From an uncultured bacterium (lineage in GTDB: Bacteria; Verrucomicrobiota; Verrucomicrobiia; Limisphaerales; UBA8199): a stretch of DNA of 64,000 nucleotides. The DNA lies in contig CAVVMW010000012.1 in NCBI GenBank assembly GCA_963749495.1, positions 320,001 through 384,000 on the forward strand, read 5' to 3'. The position numbers and the translations under genes were made by a program. Shown piece after piece: positions 28,916 through 41,177 of the stretch. The notes beneath the pieces were generated by a model. That model made no database searches. It saw only the letters and a list, made by a program, of their open reading frames with translations, and was not told where the DNA came from. Numbering within the stretch: position 1 is the first letter of the stretch; each line of letters starts with the position of its first letter.

Positions 28916-31900
28916 ATGAAAACATACCGCTCGAACCTCGTTGGGGGCCTGGTGCTGGGCCTGCTCTCTCTGCCCTTTGCCGTCGGCGCGGCCGACAAAA
29001 CGTTCACCTTGGGCGGCACCAATGCCGTCCTGCAAGAGGCCGCCGGCGCGGCAGCCGTCTATTACTCCGCCATGCGGCTCAACCGGGCCACGCGCACCTG
29101 GAACGTGGACGTCGCGCTCACCAACGGGAGCAGCGGCGCCCTCCAAGGGCCTTTGGTGCTGCTGGTCAACAGTTATGCCGGCACAACCGGCCCGGTCCAG
29201 CCGGACGGGACGGACCCGAGCAATCCGACCAATGCCTGGTATGATTTCACCCCACTAGCGGCTGGGGCCGTGCTGGCCCCGGGAGACAGAATCCGGCGCC
29301 CGCACTCTGACGCTGGGCTTCACCAACGGCAGCCCCAGCATTACCACCCGGGTTTTCGCGCGGGCAATGGCCTCGGCCGGCGGCCTGGCGCTGACGCGCT
29401 CATGGAACGAGGCGGGCCAACCGCTGGGCGGAGTGACCGTAATCGAGTCGGGTCCGGCCGGTCTGAGGACCAATACAACCGACAGGGCCTACGGTGTGGT
29501 GACGTTAGGCCAGGGCAGTGGCGACCATACCTGGCAATTCAGCGCTCCGGGTTTCCTCTCCGCATGGCTCAAAGCGACACTGAACGCGAATGCGGTGGCC
29601 ATGCTGCCCGACCCGCGCCTGGTGCGGCGCAGCACCAACAGCCTGGCCTTCACACCGTTGGACGGCGGCACCTTGACCAACAACGACGGCTCGATCCGGA
29701 TTGTGTTCCCGCCCGGGGCCTTTTCCCAGGCGGTGACGGGCGTGCTGACGCCCTTGACGGCCCAGACCTTGCCCGCCAGCCTCCCTTCAGGGTGGAGCCC
29801 GCTCCAGGCCTTTGCGCTCGAGTTGGGGAGCGAGCCGGCCACGGCAGGAACGGCGCAGCTTGGGCCTTGGGGGCCTGCCGGCGCCACGGAACAGGCGGTG
29901 CTGGCGCGCTGGAACACCAACCGCCTGCAATGGGACGTGCTGGCCCTGGTTTCCAACGGGAACAACGGGCTGTCGCCCGCCCTGGGAGGCAGCGGCAGTT
30001 ACGCGCTGGTGGTGCCCGACAGCAGCCCGCCGGCCTGCCCGTCCGCATCAACGGCCAGCCCTGGCTGACGTTCTCCGCCGCCGATGGCTCGTTCCAGCTC
30101 CTCTCGGCTGTGGGCACGGCCACGGTGGTCCTGACTGACCCGCTCAGCGGCAACTCCGGCCAGTCGGACGTGGTCATCACCAATGCCCAGACCAGCGTCA
30201 CCGCCAATGTCGCCGCCTCCGCCGCCGGCCCCAGCGTGGCCTCGGTGAGCCCGGCTGACGGCGCGACTGCCGTTCCGCTGGTGGCCTCGATCGTTGTCCA
30301 GTTCACCAAACCGCTCAGTCCGGGAACGCTCGGCACGAACGGAATCCAACTGCTCGGCACCAACGGCCAGCCGGTTGGCGCCAGTCTCACCTTGAATCTC
30401 AAGAATACGATCGCCACGCTCCTGCCAACGTCGCAGTTGGCCGCGAATACACTCCTGACGGTCCTGGTTTCGACCAACATTGCAGATGCCGCGGGCCTGC
30501 CGCTGGCGGGACGGAGGACCTTCACGTTCACGACCGAGACCGACCTGGTGACCCGCGATCCCACCGCGCAGTTGATCAGCTACGAGCCGGTGAACGGCAT
30601 CGCGGGCGTGGTGGGGACGCCCGGCCTGGCCGATCCCCAATCGCCCGTCATCATCGTCAATGAAACCAGCGGCCGCACGGCGACGGCGGTTTCGGACGTG
30701 GACGGCAGTTTCACCAACTCGATTCAAGCGGAGGTGGATGACATGCTGAGCGCGACGCTGGTGAACAAAAACGGCACTCGCAACAGCGTGACCCTCAGCC
30801 GGCAGATCTTCCAGGACGGCAGCGTGGGCTTGTTCAACTCGGGAGGAACCATCGAAGCGCAGACGCCGGAGGGATCGTTGCAACTGGCCATTGAGCCGGG
30901 CGCCATTTCGGGCAAGAGCAAGCTCAAGCTGGACTTCCTCACCCTCGCCCAGGTGCAAACGGTGGCCAGCAACACGCCGCCGGAAGGCGGCGCCTCGGTG
31001 ATTGGCGGCTTCAAGGTGTCCATGGACGGCCCGACGCTGAAGGTCGGGGCGCACGTCTCCTTCCCGATCAAGGAATCCGATTTGAATTTGGCCCCGGGCG
31101 ATTCGGCGAGCAACCACGTTTTTGCCATGTGCGAGCCGGTGGTGGTGGACGGCGTGACCGTGTACCGGGTGGTTGACAGCATGGCTTACGAAGGCGGCAA
31201 CGTGGTGTCGCACTCGCCGCCCTTCGATGGATTGGCCGACATCCCTTTGGCCGGCATGGCGGTCGCCATGGTGATGTATCCCTTCAACATGGCGCAGAAG
31301 ATGGCGGTCGTCGGCTCGGTGGTTGTGGCTACCGACACCATGTACGATTTCGTCCGTACGAACGGAGCAGCGCTGGCCATCCAACAGACCAATCCCGGGG
31401 TCCGTCTCTTGCCGGACGCCTGGGTCAATGCCTATCCCCCGGGGGTATTTGAGACCCACAGCGGCTTGACTCCCGGCACGTTTGTGGCCATGGCCAACTC
31501 TGCCGGGCGCTTCGCCTACCTGCTGCCGTTCAATCCATTCCAAGGCTCGGGTTATCTGCTGGCGGCCCAGTCGCCCCTCTTCCCGGATCAAATCGCAACC
31601 CGGTCCGCCTCTGCCTCGCCCCTCTCGCCCCTGGCAACCGTGGACCTGATCTTTCGCGTGCCGGACAATGGCAGCGGCCGCGTCAATACGACCCCCCCAA
31701 TTATTACCGCCAATCCGCCCGGACTGGTGCTGCCTACCAACCAGACGGTCTCGATTGATTTTCTGATCTCCGACAATTTGGGAAAGCCGCGGTTCGACCT
31801 GATTTTCCTGGTGCCGGCCAAATCGTTCTCCTTGCTGGCGACCAACGTGCCTGTAACGCCGCTGGACCCCGCCAAGGTCACCCTGAACCAAAGCCCCCCC

Positions 31901-34900
31901 CCGCAGGATACCAGCGACACCTCCATCCGCGCGCCGGTTGACTTCCTGGTGACGGAACCGGCGATAGTCACCGTGCAGGTCCGCGCGGTGGACGCCGACC
32001 TGAATTTCGAGGAGACGCAGTTCACCTTTTACTTTGGAGCGGCGCCCGGCTCCTTGCCCGGCAAGATAGTCAGCGCCGACACCAATGACACGACGCCCCC
32101 CCAGGTGGTGTGGACGTTGCCGCCGCAAGGCGCGTATCTGGATTGGGGCTCGGCCCTCATGGTGAGCTTCAGCAAAGCCGTGGATCCCTCCATCACCAAC
32201 GGCCTGGGCATCGCCATTTCGGGTTCCACGGCCCCGTTGCACATCGAATTGTCGGACGATCAACTGGGGGCGCGCATTTACCCGGCCGACCTGCAACCGG
32301 GCACCAACTACACGCTGACCATCAACAATTCCGTGAAGGACTTGAACGGCATTGGCCTGGACCAGGACCCGACGACGAGCACCCCGGACCCATTCAAACT
32401 CGTGTTCAAGACGCCGCCCGCTCCCATTACCACCCTGCCCTTGCTAGGCCGGCCGGTTGGCACCTTGGTTTTCCAAACCCGCGCATTTACCCTGGACACC
32501 TATGCCCCGAATGTGGGCCCTGCCATCGTCGTGCATCAACTGGGCGCTTCCATCTCGGTCCTGACCAATATCGTTCTGCCATCGCCCCCGCGCGCGATGA
32601 CCCTCATCCCCGAGTACAACTTCGCGCGAGGCTACACTACCCCGGCGGAGTCCAAGCCGCTCCTGGTGGTCATTGGCGGGACCATCGGCACCGGCGGCGA
32701 CGGACAATGGATACGCCTCTATGACATCTCCATGACCAATGAGGTCGATAGAATCGGGTCTGCCTTCCTGACGACGGACCAGGACAGCTCGGCGGCCAAC
32801 GTGAAATTCAGCGCCCCGAATCTGTTCGTCCATATTTTTGGCGCGGGCGGCAGCTACATCCAGGTCATCAATCTCCAGGCGCTCATCCTCGGCTGCAACC
32901 TGCCCTATGACACCACTCAATGGCCCACCAACGCCTTGCCCTACCAGATGATTTCCGGCGTTGACACCAACAACGACGGGGATTATACCGACCCTGGAGA
33001 AAAGCTCCCCATCCCGCAAAAGTACGGTCTCTTCGGGTTGGTCCAGAACCTGGTTGCCGCGCCCGGCCGCGACTTCACCGACTTCGATGTGCAGGGGGGC
33101 GGCGCCTTCCTCTCTGCGACGATGATGGGAGGCGGTGGCCACCCATCGCGCCTGCAGGTGATTCTGGATTCCGGCATGATGATCGGCGTGGGCGATGATG
33201 CGCTGGGCGCGTACGAATTCCCCAGCGACGTGAACGCGTTCCGTGTGGCGCTGGACCTGGACTTCCCGGTGCCCAATTCCATGGGCGGCAAGAAGATCCA
33301 TGCCGCGTTGGTTTCGGCCGGGCAGTTTCTCTACATTCTGGACCTGACGACGCCGCAAGCGCCCACGTTGCTCAATACCCTCAAGCTGGCTGATAACCCG
33401 GGCACGATCTCCAGCATCGTGCGCAGCGGCTCCGACGAATACACGATCGGCGCGGCCAATTCCGTGCTCGTGCTCCAGCGCTCACTCATGGCGCAGGACT
33501 TTGGGACCAACAACGTTCACCCCTCCGTGCGCCTGGCATCTCCCCTGCCTGCCTCGGGCCGCGCCTTGGGGATTTCGCCGGCCTATTACAGCGCCTGCGG
33601 CGGCCCGGGTGCGCACGGATGCCAACGGCTTGTTCACGCTCACGGGCGTGCCGTGCGGCAACTGCACCATCAGTGCCGGCCTGGAACGTAATCCCGATGC
33701 CGGCATCGATTTCCCCAGGTTCGGCTCCAGTACGCTCACGGTCCTGCAAGGAGTGGACAATTTTGTGGTCGTCAAGATCACCCCGGCCGGCCGCATTGTC
33801 GGAAACATCCTGCACGCCGATGGCACTCCTGCACCGAACGTGCAGGTCTCGATCCCCACGGAAGGCGGTTTCTATTGGACAATCGCGGACGGCCAGGGCT
33901 TTTACAAATTCGAGAATATGCCACTGGGGGGCTATCTCGTGAGTTCGCCCGGGCCGCCGACGGCGCAAACGGACACCTCGCAGTTGGCCGCGCAGATTGC
34001 CAGCGGGGACATGGACCAGATTATGGCGGCGATCAAGGAGGCCTACACAGTTTTTGTCGGCGCCAACGATCCGTTTCTCAACGGCCGGGGCGCCAGCTTC
34101 AACCCGGGGGCCTGGGGTTACACGCGGACCTCTCTGGACGCGGATGGGCAGACGGTCGTGGCGGATGTGCACGTTTCTGCCCCAGGGCTCGGTCACTGGG
34201 GTTGGGGCCGTGGCCTCCGCCACGCTCAGTTACGAGGGGCAGGTGACCCACGTGCAACTGGTCGAGCAATCCCGCGGGGAAATCCGCGGCATGGTGCTCA
34301 ACAGCTATGGCACCGGTTGCGTCCCAGGCGCCATCGTGACCCTCAATGTGTCCGATGGCATGAGCCCCCCGGACGGTCACGACCGGGCCGGATGGCCGGT
34401 TCGACTTCCCCGGCACGCCGGCGGGCCAGTTCTCGCTCCAGGCCGTAGATTCCGTTACCCGCCTCAACGGCCAAGTGTCTGGACTGTTGCCTGACAACAC
34501 CCCGGTCATGGATGTCACCATTTCGTTGCAGCCGTTGGCCACGATCGCCGGCCAGGTCTTTCTCCCGGACGGCATCACCCCCGCTACGAATGCCACGGTG
34601 ACCCTCGGCCGCTGGAGCTCGGACACAGACATCAACGGCCGGGTAAGCTTTGTCGATCTGCCGCTCAGCTCCCATCAAGTCACGGCACAGGCCCTGGCCA
34701 CGGACCAATCGCACAGCTTCGCTTCGACCAGCGTTTCCCTCACCTCCGCGGGCCCGGCGCCGGACTTCAGGCTGGTCCTGTCCGGAGTCGGCAGCGTCTC
34801 GGGCCGCGTGTTCGAGAGTGACGGCGTGACGCCCGCCGCCGGCATCGAAATTCGCATCGAGTTCCAAGGCGCGCCCTTTGCCGGCGCAAGCCAGAACTCG

Positions 34901-37900
34901 GCGACCTCCCCGAGCGGCACATTCCAGTTTGGCAATGTGGCGCTGGGCCCGTATCGGTTAGTGTCCGAACAAGCGGCCCTGGCTGCGACCTTCAACGGCA
35001 TCATCCTCACCAATGGGCAGGCCGACATGGCGCAACTGACGCTCTCCGCTAACGGCGCGGTGGTGGGCCGTGTGGTCCGGGCCGACCAAACCACGCCTGT
35101 GAGCGGCTCCAAGTCATCCTGTTGTTCCAGTCTCAAACGTCGTCCCCGGGCAGCGCGTTGGCGCTAACCGGGCCGGACGGCAGTTTTGGCTTCTATAGCG
35201 TCCCGCTGGGACCCTTCACCCTCAAGATGGCCGCCATTGACTTCTCCGGCATTGCCCACCTTCAGTCCGCGCTTACGGTCAATGGCCAAACGAATGACCT
35301 CGGCGTTATCGTGCTCGATGAGGACGACCCCGTCGTCGTGGAGGTCATACCGGCCGACAACGCGGTGGATGTGCCGACCACCAACTCGATCGATCTGTTC
35401 TTCAGCAAGGCGCTCGACGCCAGCACGGTCACGCCGCAGGGCATCTTCTTGCGCTACGACACCAACCCGGTCCCTGCCACCGTGCAGTTGCTGCCCGACC
35501 CAACCAATGGCATCCTTCGCCTGGTCCGCCTCACCCCCTCGACCCGCTTGCTCAGCCAGAAGACCTATAGCCTCGTCGTCATCAGCGGGACCTGGACCGA
35601 CGGCCTCGGCCACAACGCACAAGGGCCCGCCGACCCGATGGGCCGCATCCTGCCGGCCCCCTTCAGGTCGAGCTTCACCACGGCGGACAATGACCCGCCA
35701 GTGCTGCTTTCCATGTCCCCGGCCGATGGGGACGTGCAGATTGACCCGCTGGCGGTCATGCGTTTGTCCTTCAACGAAGCGATTCAAAGCTCCGGCTACA
35801 CCGTCTCGCTCATCGGCCCGGCGGGGCCAGTGGCCGGCACAGCAGCGGTCGGCCTCAACGGGCTGGTCCTGGCGTTCACGCCCGCCGCAGCCCTCGAGCC
35901 AAACGCCCTTTACACGCTGACAGTGGACGGGATCCAGGACCTGGCCGGCAACCTGGCGACCAACCAGCCATTCACCGCTACGTTCGCGACGATCGATACG
36001 ATCGGCCCAAGCATCGCGGCGCTGCGAGTGGCGGATGGACGCTCGCCTGTCGCCGGCCCGCCCGTGCCGGTGGAGGCGGTCCTGGCGGGCAATGAATCTC
36101 GAGTGAGCGTCCGCTTCACCCAGGACCTGGCGCCCGTGGGCGTCGCTACCAACCCGCCTTACCGGGCCACCGTGACGCTGCCGATGTCGGGCTCTACGAC
36201 GGTCCGGGCCATCGCCACGGATCGCTATGGCAACGACGGGCCCCTCGCCGAGTTGATCATCAATGTGCTCTCCAACCAGCCGCCCACCGTGACGCTGGTC
36301 CGCACGGATGCAAGCGGCAGCACCGTCACCAACGGCCAGACGTTCGTCCTGCGCGTCACCTCCGCCGACGATGACGTGGTCACCAACGTGACCTTGGTCG
36401 GCCTGGGAGCCGTCCCTTTTGCAGCCAGCTACCCGGACGGCCAGGCGCATTCGGTGCAGCTTACCGTCTCCAACATCGCCCCCAGCCGGCGCCACGCTCC
36501 AGTTCCTGGCCCGGGCCACCGACAGCGTCGGCCAAAAGTCGAGCCAGGCGGAACTCGACCTGACGGTCGTGGACACGGTGGCCCCGAGTTTGAGCCTCCT
36601 GAGTCCGCCGCCCAATGCATTGCTGGACCCGGCGCAGCCGCTGACCCTTACGGTGGCCTCTTCGGACAATAGCGGGGTTTACACTCTGGATTTGGCGGTC
36701 AGCGGGGATCTGTCGGCCACGCAACACGTGGCCATCGCTGCGGCGCCCAATGCGCCTTCTACCAATCTATTTGCCATCCCGCTCACCGGGGCGGTGCTGG
36801 ATGGACGCGGCCTGACCGTGACCGTCAAAGCCGTGGACGGCGCACTCAACGCCAGCCAAGTGATCTGGAACTTCGGGTTGCCGGACCGCAAGCCGCCTTT
36901 CCTCACCGGGATTGCACCTGCCAACGGGGCCCAGAGGCAACCGATCTGGCTCGGCCAGATCGCGCTCCAGTTCAACAAGCCGATAGCCACCAACAGCGTG
37001 TCCACTAACAGCATCATCTTCACCAACAGCCTCGGGAGCGCCGGTGCTTATCAAGTGGCCGTTGCCGCCGATCCGTCCACCGTCCTCATACTCCCCGCCT
37101 CCCTGCCGCTCAAGCCCGGCTTGACTTACACCTGCCGCGCCCTCCCCCTCATCACCGACCTGGCGGGTAATCACCTGGCCGCCGATACCAATGGCACGCC
37201 ACTCCCCGCCGATGGCCTGGCCTCGACCTTCACCACGGCCGCCATCCTGGGCACGACTCCCGCCAACGGCACGCGGTTCGTCGCGGGTCAGCACGTGGCG
37301 GTGGGCCTCCAGTATGAGCCTGGTTTGGGCGCGGCCTTCTTCCGCGTCCAATGGAGCACCAACCCGCCGGCGACCGTTCCCGCCGGAGTCACCAATGCGA
37401 CCGCTGTCATCCAATTGCCCACCAACGCGGTTAGCGGCGCCCTGCATTTGTGGGCCAGCGCGGACAGCACGTTCGCCCAGGCCTTGAGCCTGCCTGACAT
37501 TACCCTGAATGTTTCGCCTTATGGGAGTGACGCTCCGCCAATCGCCGGCCTGCCCATCACGCTCCCGACTCTGGCGTTCAATGGCACGAACGACTATGCG
37601 GATGCCGCCTACTCCGCCGGCAGCCTCCTCTTCAACCTCTCCAGCCAGTTTACTTATGAGCTGTGGGTCAACCCGGACTCCGCCGGCCCGCTCATCGAGC
37701 GCCAGCAGTGCAACTCGGCGTGGGCCTCCGCGGAACTGGCTCTGGAGGGAGATTCGACGACCAATCTCAGCATCAGTCTCAACCTCAATTACGCCAACGG
37801 CGATTCCTACACCACGTTCACTACCCTCGCCCTGGTTCCGCTGGACCGTTGGTCTCATATCGCGGCCACCTATGACCACAATGCCCAGTCGGTCAACATT

Positions 37901-38131
37901 TATCTGGATGGTTCCAACGTACTGACCGGCAGTTACAGCCAAACTCTCTGGCTGCCCCCCACCCCGCTCTGGATCGGCGGCGTGCCCAAGCCATCGGGCG
38001 GCTGTTGGGAGAGCTACTTCGAGGGGAGCATTCGCGAGGTTGCCGTCTGGAACTCCGCCCGCAACCAGAACGATATCCAGAATGATATGGACCTGGGCCT
38101 GGCGGGCAAGGAGCCGAACCTGGTGGGCTAG
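28916..38131 (+). pseudogene. Giant secreted Ig-like (Big_5) / carboxypeptidase-regulatory-like / LamG repeat protein; multiply frameshifted and truncated by an IS
   Basis: Signal peptide; protein-like text hops between ORFs 28886, 29367, 33501, 34475, 35122 and 36419. P.V..V.PADGA..VP...I.V.F.K repeats; LamG (WSHIAATYD, G.I.EVAVWN) ends EPNLVG at the IS border. Confidence 0.8.
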
Positions 38132-38240
38132 TAACTACTCAGGTCCGAGCGGGGCCGGCTGAACAGCGGCGGAGAGAGAGGCCGCAAAATACTTTGATTT
38201 TGTACGGGACTCCCCCAAATCCACCTGGTAATCTGGGCGC

Positions 38241-39128
38241 GTGCTCGAAGCCGAAATCATTCAAGGCCGCAAAATCAGTAACGTCCAGATCGGCGAGATT
38301 AGGGCCTTGATTGAGGCCCATCCGCTTTGGAGCCGCTGGCGCTTGTCGCAGGTGTTGGCTCAGCGATGGCAATGGTATTCGGCCTCCGGCCAGCTCAAAG
38401 ACATGGCGGCTCGGACGCTGTTACTCAAGCTGCAGCGGCGCCAACTCATTGCACTGCCGGAACGCCGGCGAATGCCGGTTGGACGAGGTCCGCTGCTGAG
38501 TCTTGAGCTTTTTGACTCAGTGGTTCCTGAGCCGATCCGGGCGGACTTGTCTTCGCTGCTGCCCCTGGAGGTGCAAGTGGTCCGCCCCAGGCATCCGGAC
38601 TATCCTCGGTTTCAGCGGTATTTGGCCCGGCACCATTACCTGAGCTATGGCGGCCCAGTTGGGGAGAACCTGGGCTATTTGATTAGGAGTTGCGCGGGAG
38701 CGGATCTGGCGTGCCTGCTCTTTGGAGCGGCGGCCTGGCAGTGCGCGCCTCGCGATCGGTGGATCGGTTGGTCGGCCCAGCAACGGGCTGCCGGCTTGCC
38801 GTTGATCGCCAACAATAGCCGGTTCCTGATTTTGCCTTGGGTTGGAGTCCAGCGTCTGGCCAGCCACATTCTTGGTCGAATCGCCCAGCGGATCGATGCC
38901 GACTGGCAAGCGCGCTACCATCATCGTCTTTACCTGCTGGAGACCTTTGTGCAACCGGACCGCTTCCGGGGCACCGCTTACCAGGCGGCCAACTGGATTC
39001 GGGTGGGCCAAACCCGCGGACGAACCCGCCAGAATGAGCGGCACCGGGACAATCAGGTCCATGCGCCTTGCAAGGACATTTACCTTTATCCTTTAACTGC
39101 AGATGTGCCTGGCCAACTCTGTGATTAA
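38241..39128 (+). CDS. DUF4338 (DruA-like) protein
   Basis: HHYLSY, GENLGYL, RDRWIGW, NNSRFLILPW, LASHIL, LETFV, GT.YQAANW..VG.TRG. Confidence 0.88.
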   Translation: MLEAEIIQGRKISNVQIGEIRALIEAHPLWSRWRLSQVLAQRWQWYSASGQLKDMAARTLLLKLQRRQLIALPERRRMPVGRGPLLSLELFDSVVPEPIRADLSSLLPLEVQVVRPRHPDYPRFQRYLARHHYLSYGGPVGENLGYLIRSCAGADLACLLFGAAAWQCAPRDRWIGWSAQQRAAGLPLIANNSRFLILPWVGVQRLASHILGRIAQRIDADWQARYHHRLYLLETFVQPDRFRGTAYQAANWIRVGQTRGRTRQNERHRDNQVHAPCKDIYLYPLTADVPGQLCD

Positions 39129-40539
39129 AGACCGCAACGGGCTCATGGCGTTGGGCCGGGCCGACTTGGCTGGATTGGTTGACTACACTTTGGAGTTACA
39201 AGCCGAGAATGCCCGCCTGCGGGACGCGGCCTCCCAGAATAGCGGTAACAGTTCGCGCCCTCCTTCCACGGACGGCCCCGAAAAGCCCAAACCCAAGAGC
39301 CTGCGAAAAAAGTCCGGGCGCCCCTCCGGCGGTCAACCCGGCCATCCCGGTCGCACCCTCCAACCCAGCCAAAAGCCCAAGCACATCCAGATTCATCCGC
39401 TGCTGGAGTGTGGGTGCGGCGAGGATCTTTCCCAGGAACCGGCGGTGGATTTTGAGCCTCGCCAAGTCTTCGACTTGCCCACGCTGACCTTGGAATGCAC
39501 CGAGCATCGAGCCGAAATCAAAGAGTGCCCCATCTGCGGGCGAACCTGCCGGGCTGATTTTCCGGTCGACATTAAAGCCCCGGTCCAATACGGGAAGAAC
39601 TTTCGCGCCTTGCTGACCTACCTCTACGACGCCCAAGAGGGGGCCAGCCGCCGCATCCGCGAAATGGGCCAGGAGATGTTCGGCTTTGCCGTCAGTGAAG
39701 GCACCCTGCAAAGCGCTCGCCAAGAACAATACCAGGGGCTGCAACCTTTTGAAGAGCGCCTGGTGGAAATCCTGCCCCAAGAACCCATTCTCCACGGCGA
39801 CGAAACCAGCGTGCCCATCAACAAGGTCACCCATTGGCTGCACGTCATTTGCACGCCCCTGCTGACGTTTTTGAGCGTCCAACTCACCCGAGGCAAAGAG
39901 GCGATGCAAGCCATGGGCGTCATCCCCCGATTCAAGGGTTGGTTGATGCATGACTTCCACGCCAGCTACTTAACCTTTGAGAACTGCCTTCACACCTTCT
40001 GCAAAAGCCACCTGATGCGCGAATTGGTGTTCCTCTTTGAGCAACACCACCAACAATGGGCCAAAGACCTTTACGACCTCTTCCTGGAGATGTTGAAGTG
40101 CGTCAAGGATCGAAAGGCTCGGGATGCACCCTTGACGCCAGCCGAGGTGGACCGGTGGTATCAGCAATACAGGAAGGTAATACGCGCTGGCCGCCAAGCC
40201 AATCCGCTCACCCCGGAGCAAATGAAGAAAAAGCGCCCCAAGCAATCCAAAGAACAGAACTTATTGGATCGGCTCCAGGGCTGCGATGAATGCATTCTGG
40301 CATTCCTGTCGAACTTCACATTGCCCTTTACCAACAACGAAGCCGAACGCGACTTCCGCATGATCAAGGTCCGGGTGGAGATATCTGGCTGCTTTCGCAC
40401 TCTGGAAGGCGCCCGTTGTCACGCACGCATCCGTAGTTACATCGCGACCCTGCGCAAGCACGGCCTGCCGGTGCTCGAACACCTCCGCAACACCCTCGAC
40501 GGTCATCCCTTTCTGCCGGTGGGATCCAAAACGCCCTGA
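39121..40539 (+). CDS. IS66-family transposase
   Basis: NSSRPPS.D, GGQPGH.G, zinc finger, HGDET, HDF, C..HL.REL, NNEAERD.R..KV...SGCFRT. Probable GTG start overlaps the DUF4338 stop. Confidence 0.92.
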   Translation: MIKDRNGLMALGRADLAGLVDYTLELQAENARLRDAASQNSGNSSRPPSTDGPEKPKPKSLRKKSGRPSGGQPGHPGRTLQPSQKPKHIQIHPLLECGCGEDLSQEPAVDFEPRQVFDLPTLTLECTEHRAEIKECPICGRTCRADFPVDIKAPVQYGKNFRALLTYLYDAQEGASRRIREMGQEMFGFAVSEGTLQSARQEQYQGLQPFEERLVEILPQEPILHGDETSVPINKVTHWLHVICTPLLTFLSVQLTRGKEAMQAMGVIPRFKGWLMHDFHASYLTFENCLHTFCKSHLMRELVFLFEQHHQQWAKDLYDLFLEMLKCVKDRKARDAPLTPAEVDRWYQQYRKVIRAGRQANPLTPEQMKKKRPKQSKEQNLLDRLQGCDECILAFLSNFTLPFTNNEAERDFRMIKVRVEISGCFRTLEGARCHARIRSYIATLRKHGLPVLEHLRNTLDGHPFLPVGSKTP

Positions 40540-41012
40540 GTAGTTACGTTTTTTTCAGCCCCCGGTTGGCCCCCCCCAAACCGCTGTTCTCGTTGCGCGC
40601 GAAGCGGCGAAACTCCGCGATTAGCTGCCTCGATAGGCGGTCCGACTTCTCGCCAGCACGAGATGCGCCCGTCCGCCCGGCCAGAGGATTCTGGCGGCAT
40701 GGTCGGGATGCGGCCGTTTCCTCGCCGCTCGGCACTGGCGTCCGGATGCCCTCGAACCGGGGTTTAATCACACCCTATTCACCGGCTAATGACCGGGGCC
40801 TGCGAAGAGCTTTCCCGCAGTCTCGGGGGGCGCGGCCAGGATATTCACTCCGGAAGCGATGGAGCGCGAGGCGCCGGCAGCATCCCGTGGAGGGTTAGTG
40901 ACAAGCTATTCGCTTGATATTCACGGGGATTCGGATGCGATTTGCCACCATTTTCACCGGTCCCAGCCCGGATGTTCACATCCGGGCTACTGCAGGGCGC
41001 GCCTCAGAGGGC

Positions 41013-41075
41013 GGAGGACAGAGGACAGAGGACAGAGATTAGGCGCCGAAACTGTGGACTGTGGACTGTGGACTG
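41013..41075. repeat. Heptamer tandem repeats (GAGGACA)n and (GTGGACT)n
   Basis: Read directly. Confidence 0.8.
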
Positions 41076-41177
41076 CCCGCCCCTGTTACGCTTTGGTGAC
41101 AACCTGTTCACCGGATATTTGCCGGGCTTTGAATGCGGCGGGCTTGCATTTTGGGCGGCGGCGGCCAAGGTATTGCC

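Larger units (their letters stand above)
38131..40547 (+). mobile_element. IS66-like element carrying a DUF4338 gene (2417 bp)
   Basis: Perfect 13-bp IRs GTAACTACTCAGG / CCTGAGTAGTTAC; no TSD. Confidence 0.9.

Noticed and set aside
29999..32296. Long antisense or alternate-frame ORFs (also 53473..55929, 42929..44611, 21049..22641, 61616..63025)
   Set aside because: Shadow frames of high-GC genes with no recognisable motifs.
28916..38131. Programmed frameshifting or phase variation in the giant gene
   Set aside because: Similar single-base shifts also hit greA and other genes, consistent with long-read indel errors.
38241..39128. Druantia anti-phage system
   Set aside because: Only a DUF4338 gene inside IS ends; no DruE helicase or other Dru genes.
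40548..40915. Remnant of another IS right of the IS66 element
   Set aside because: TTAGTGACAAGCTATT resembles an IS end, but there is no partner IR or transposase motif.
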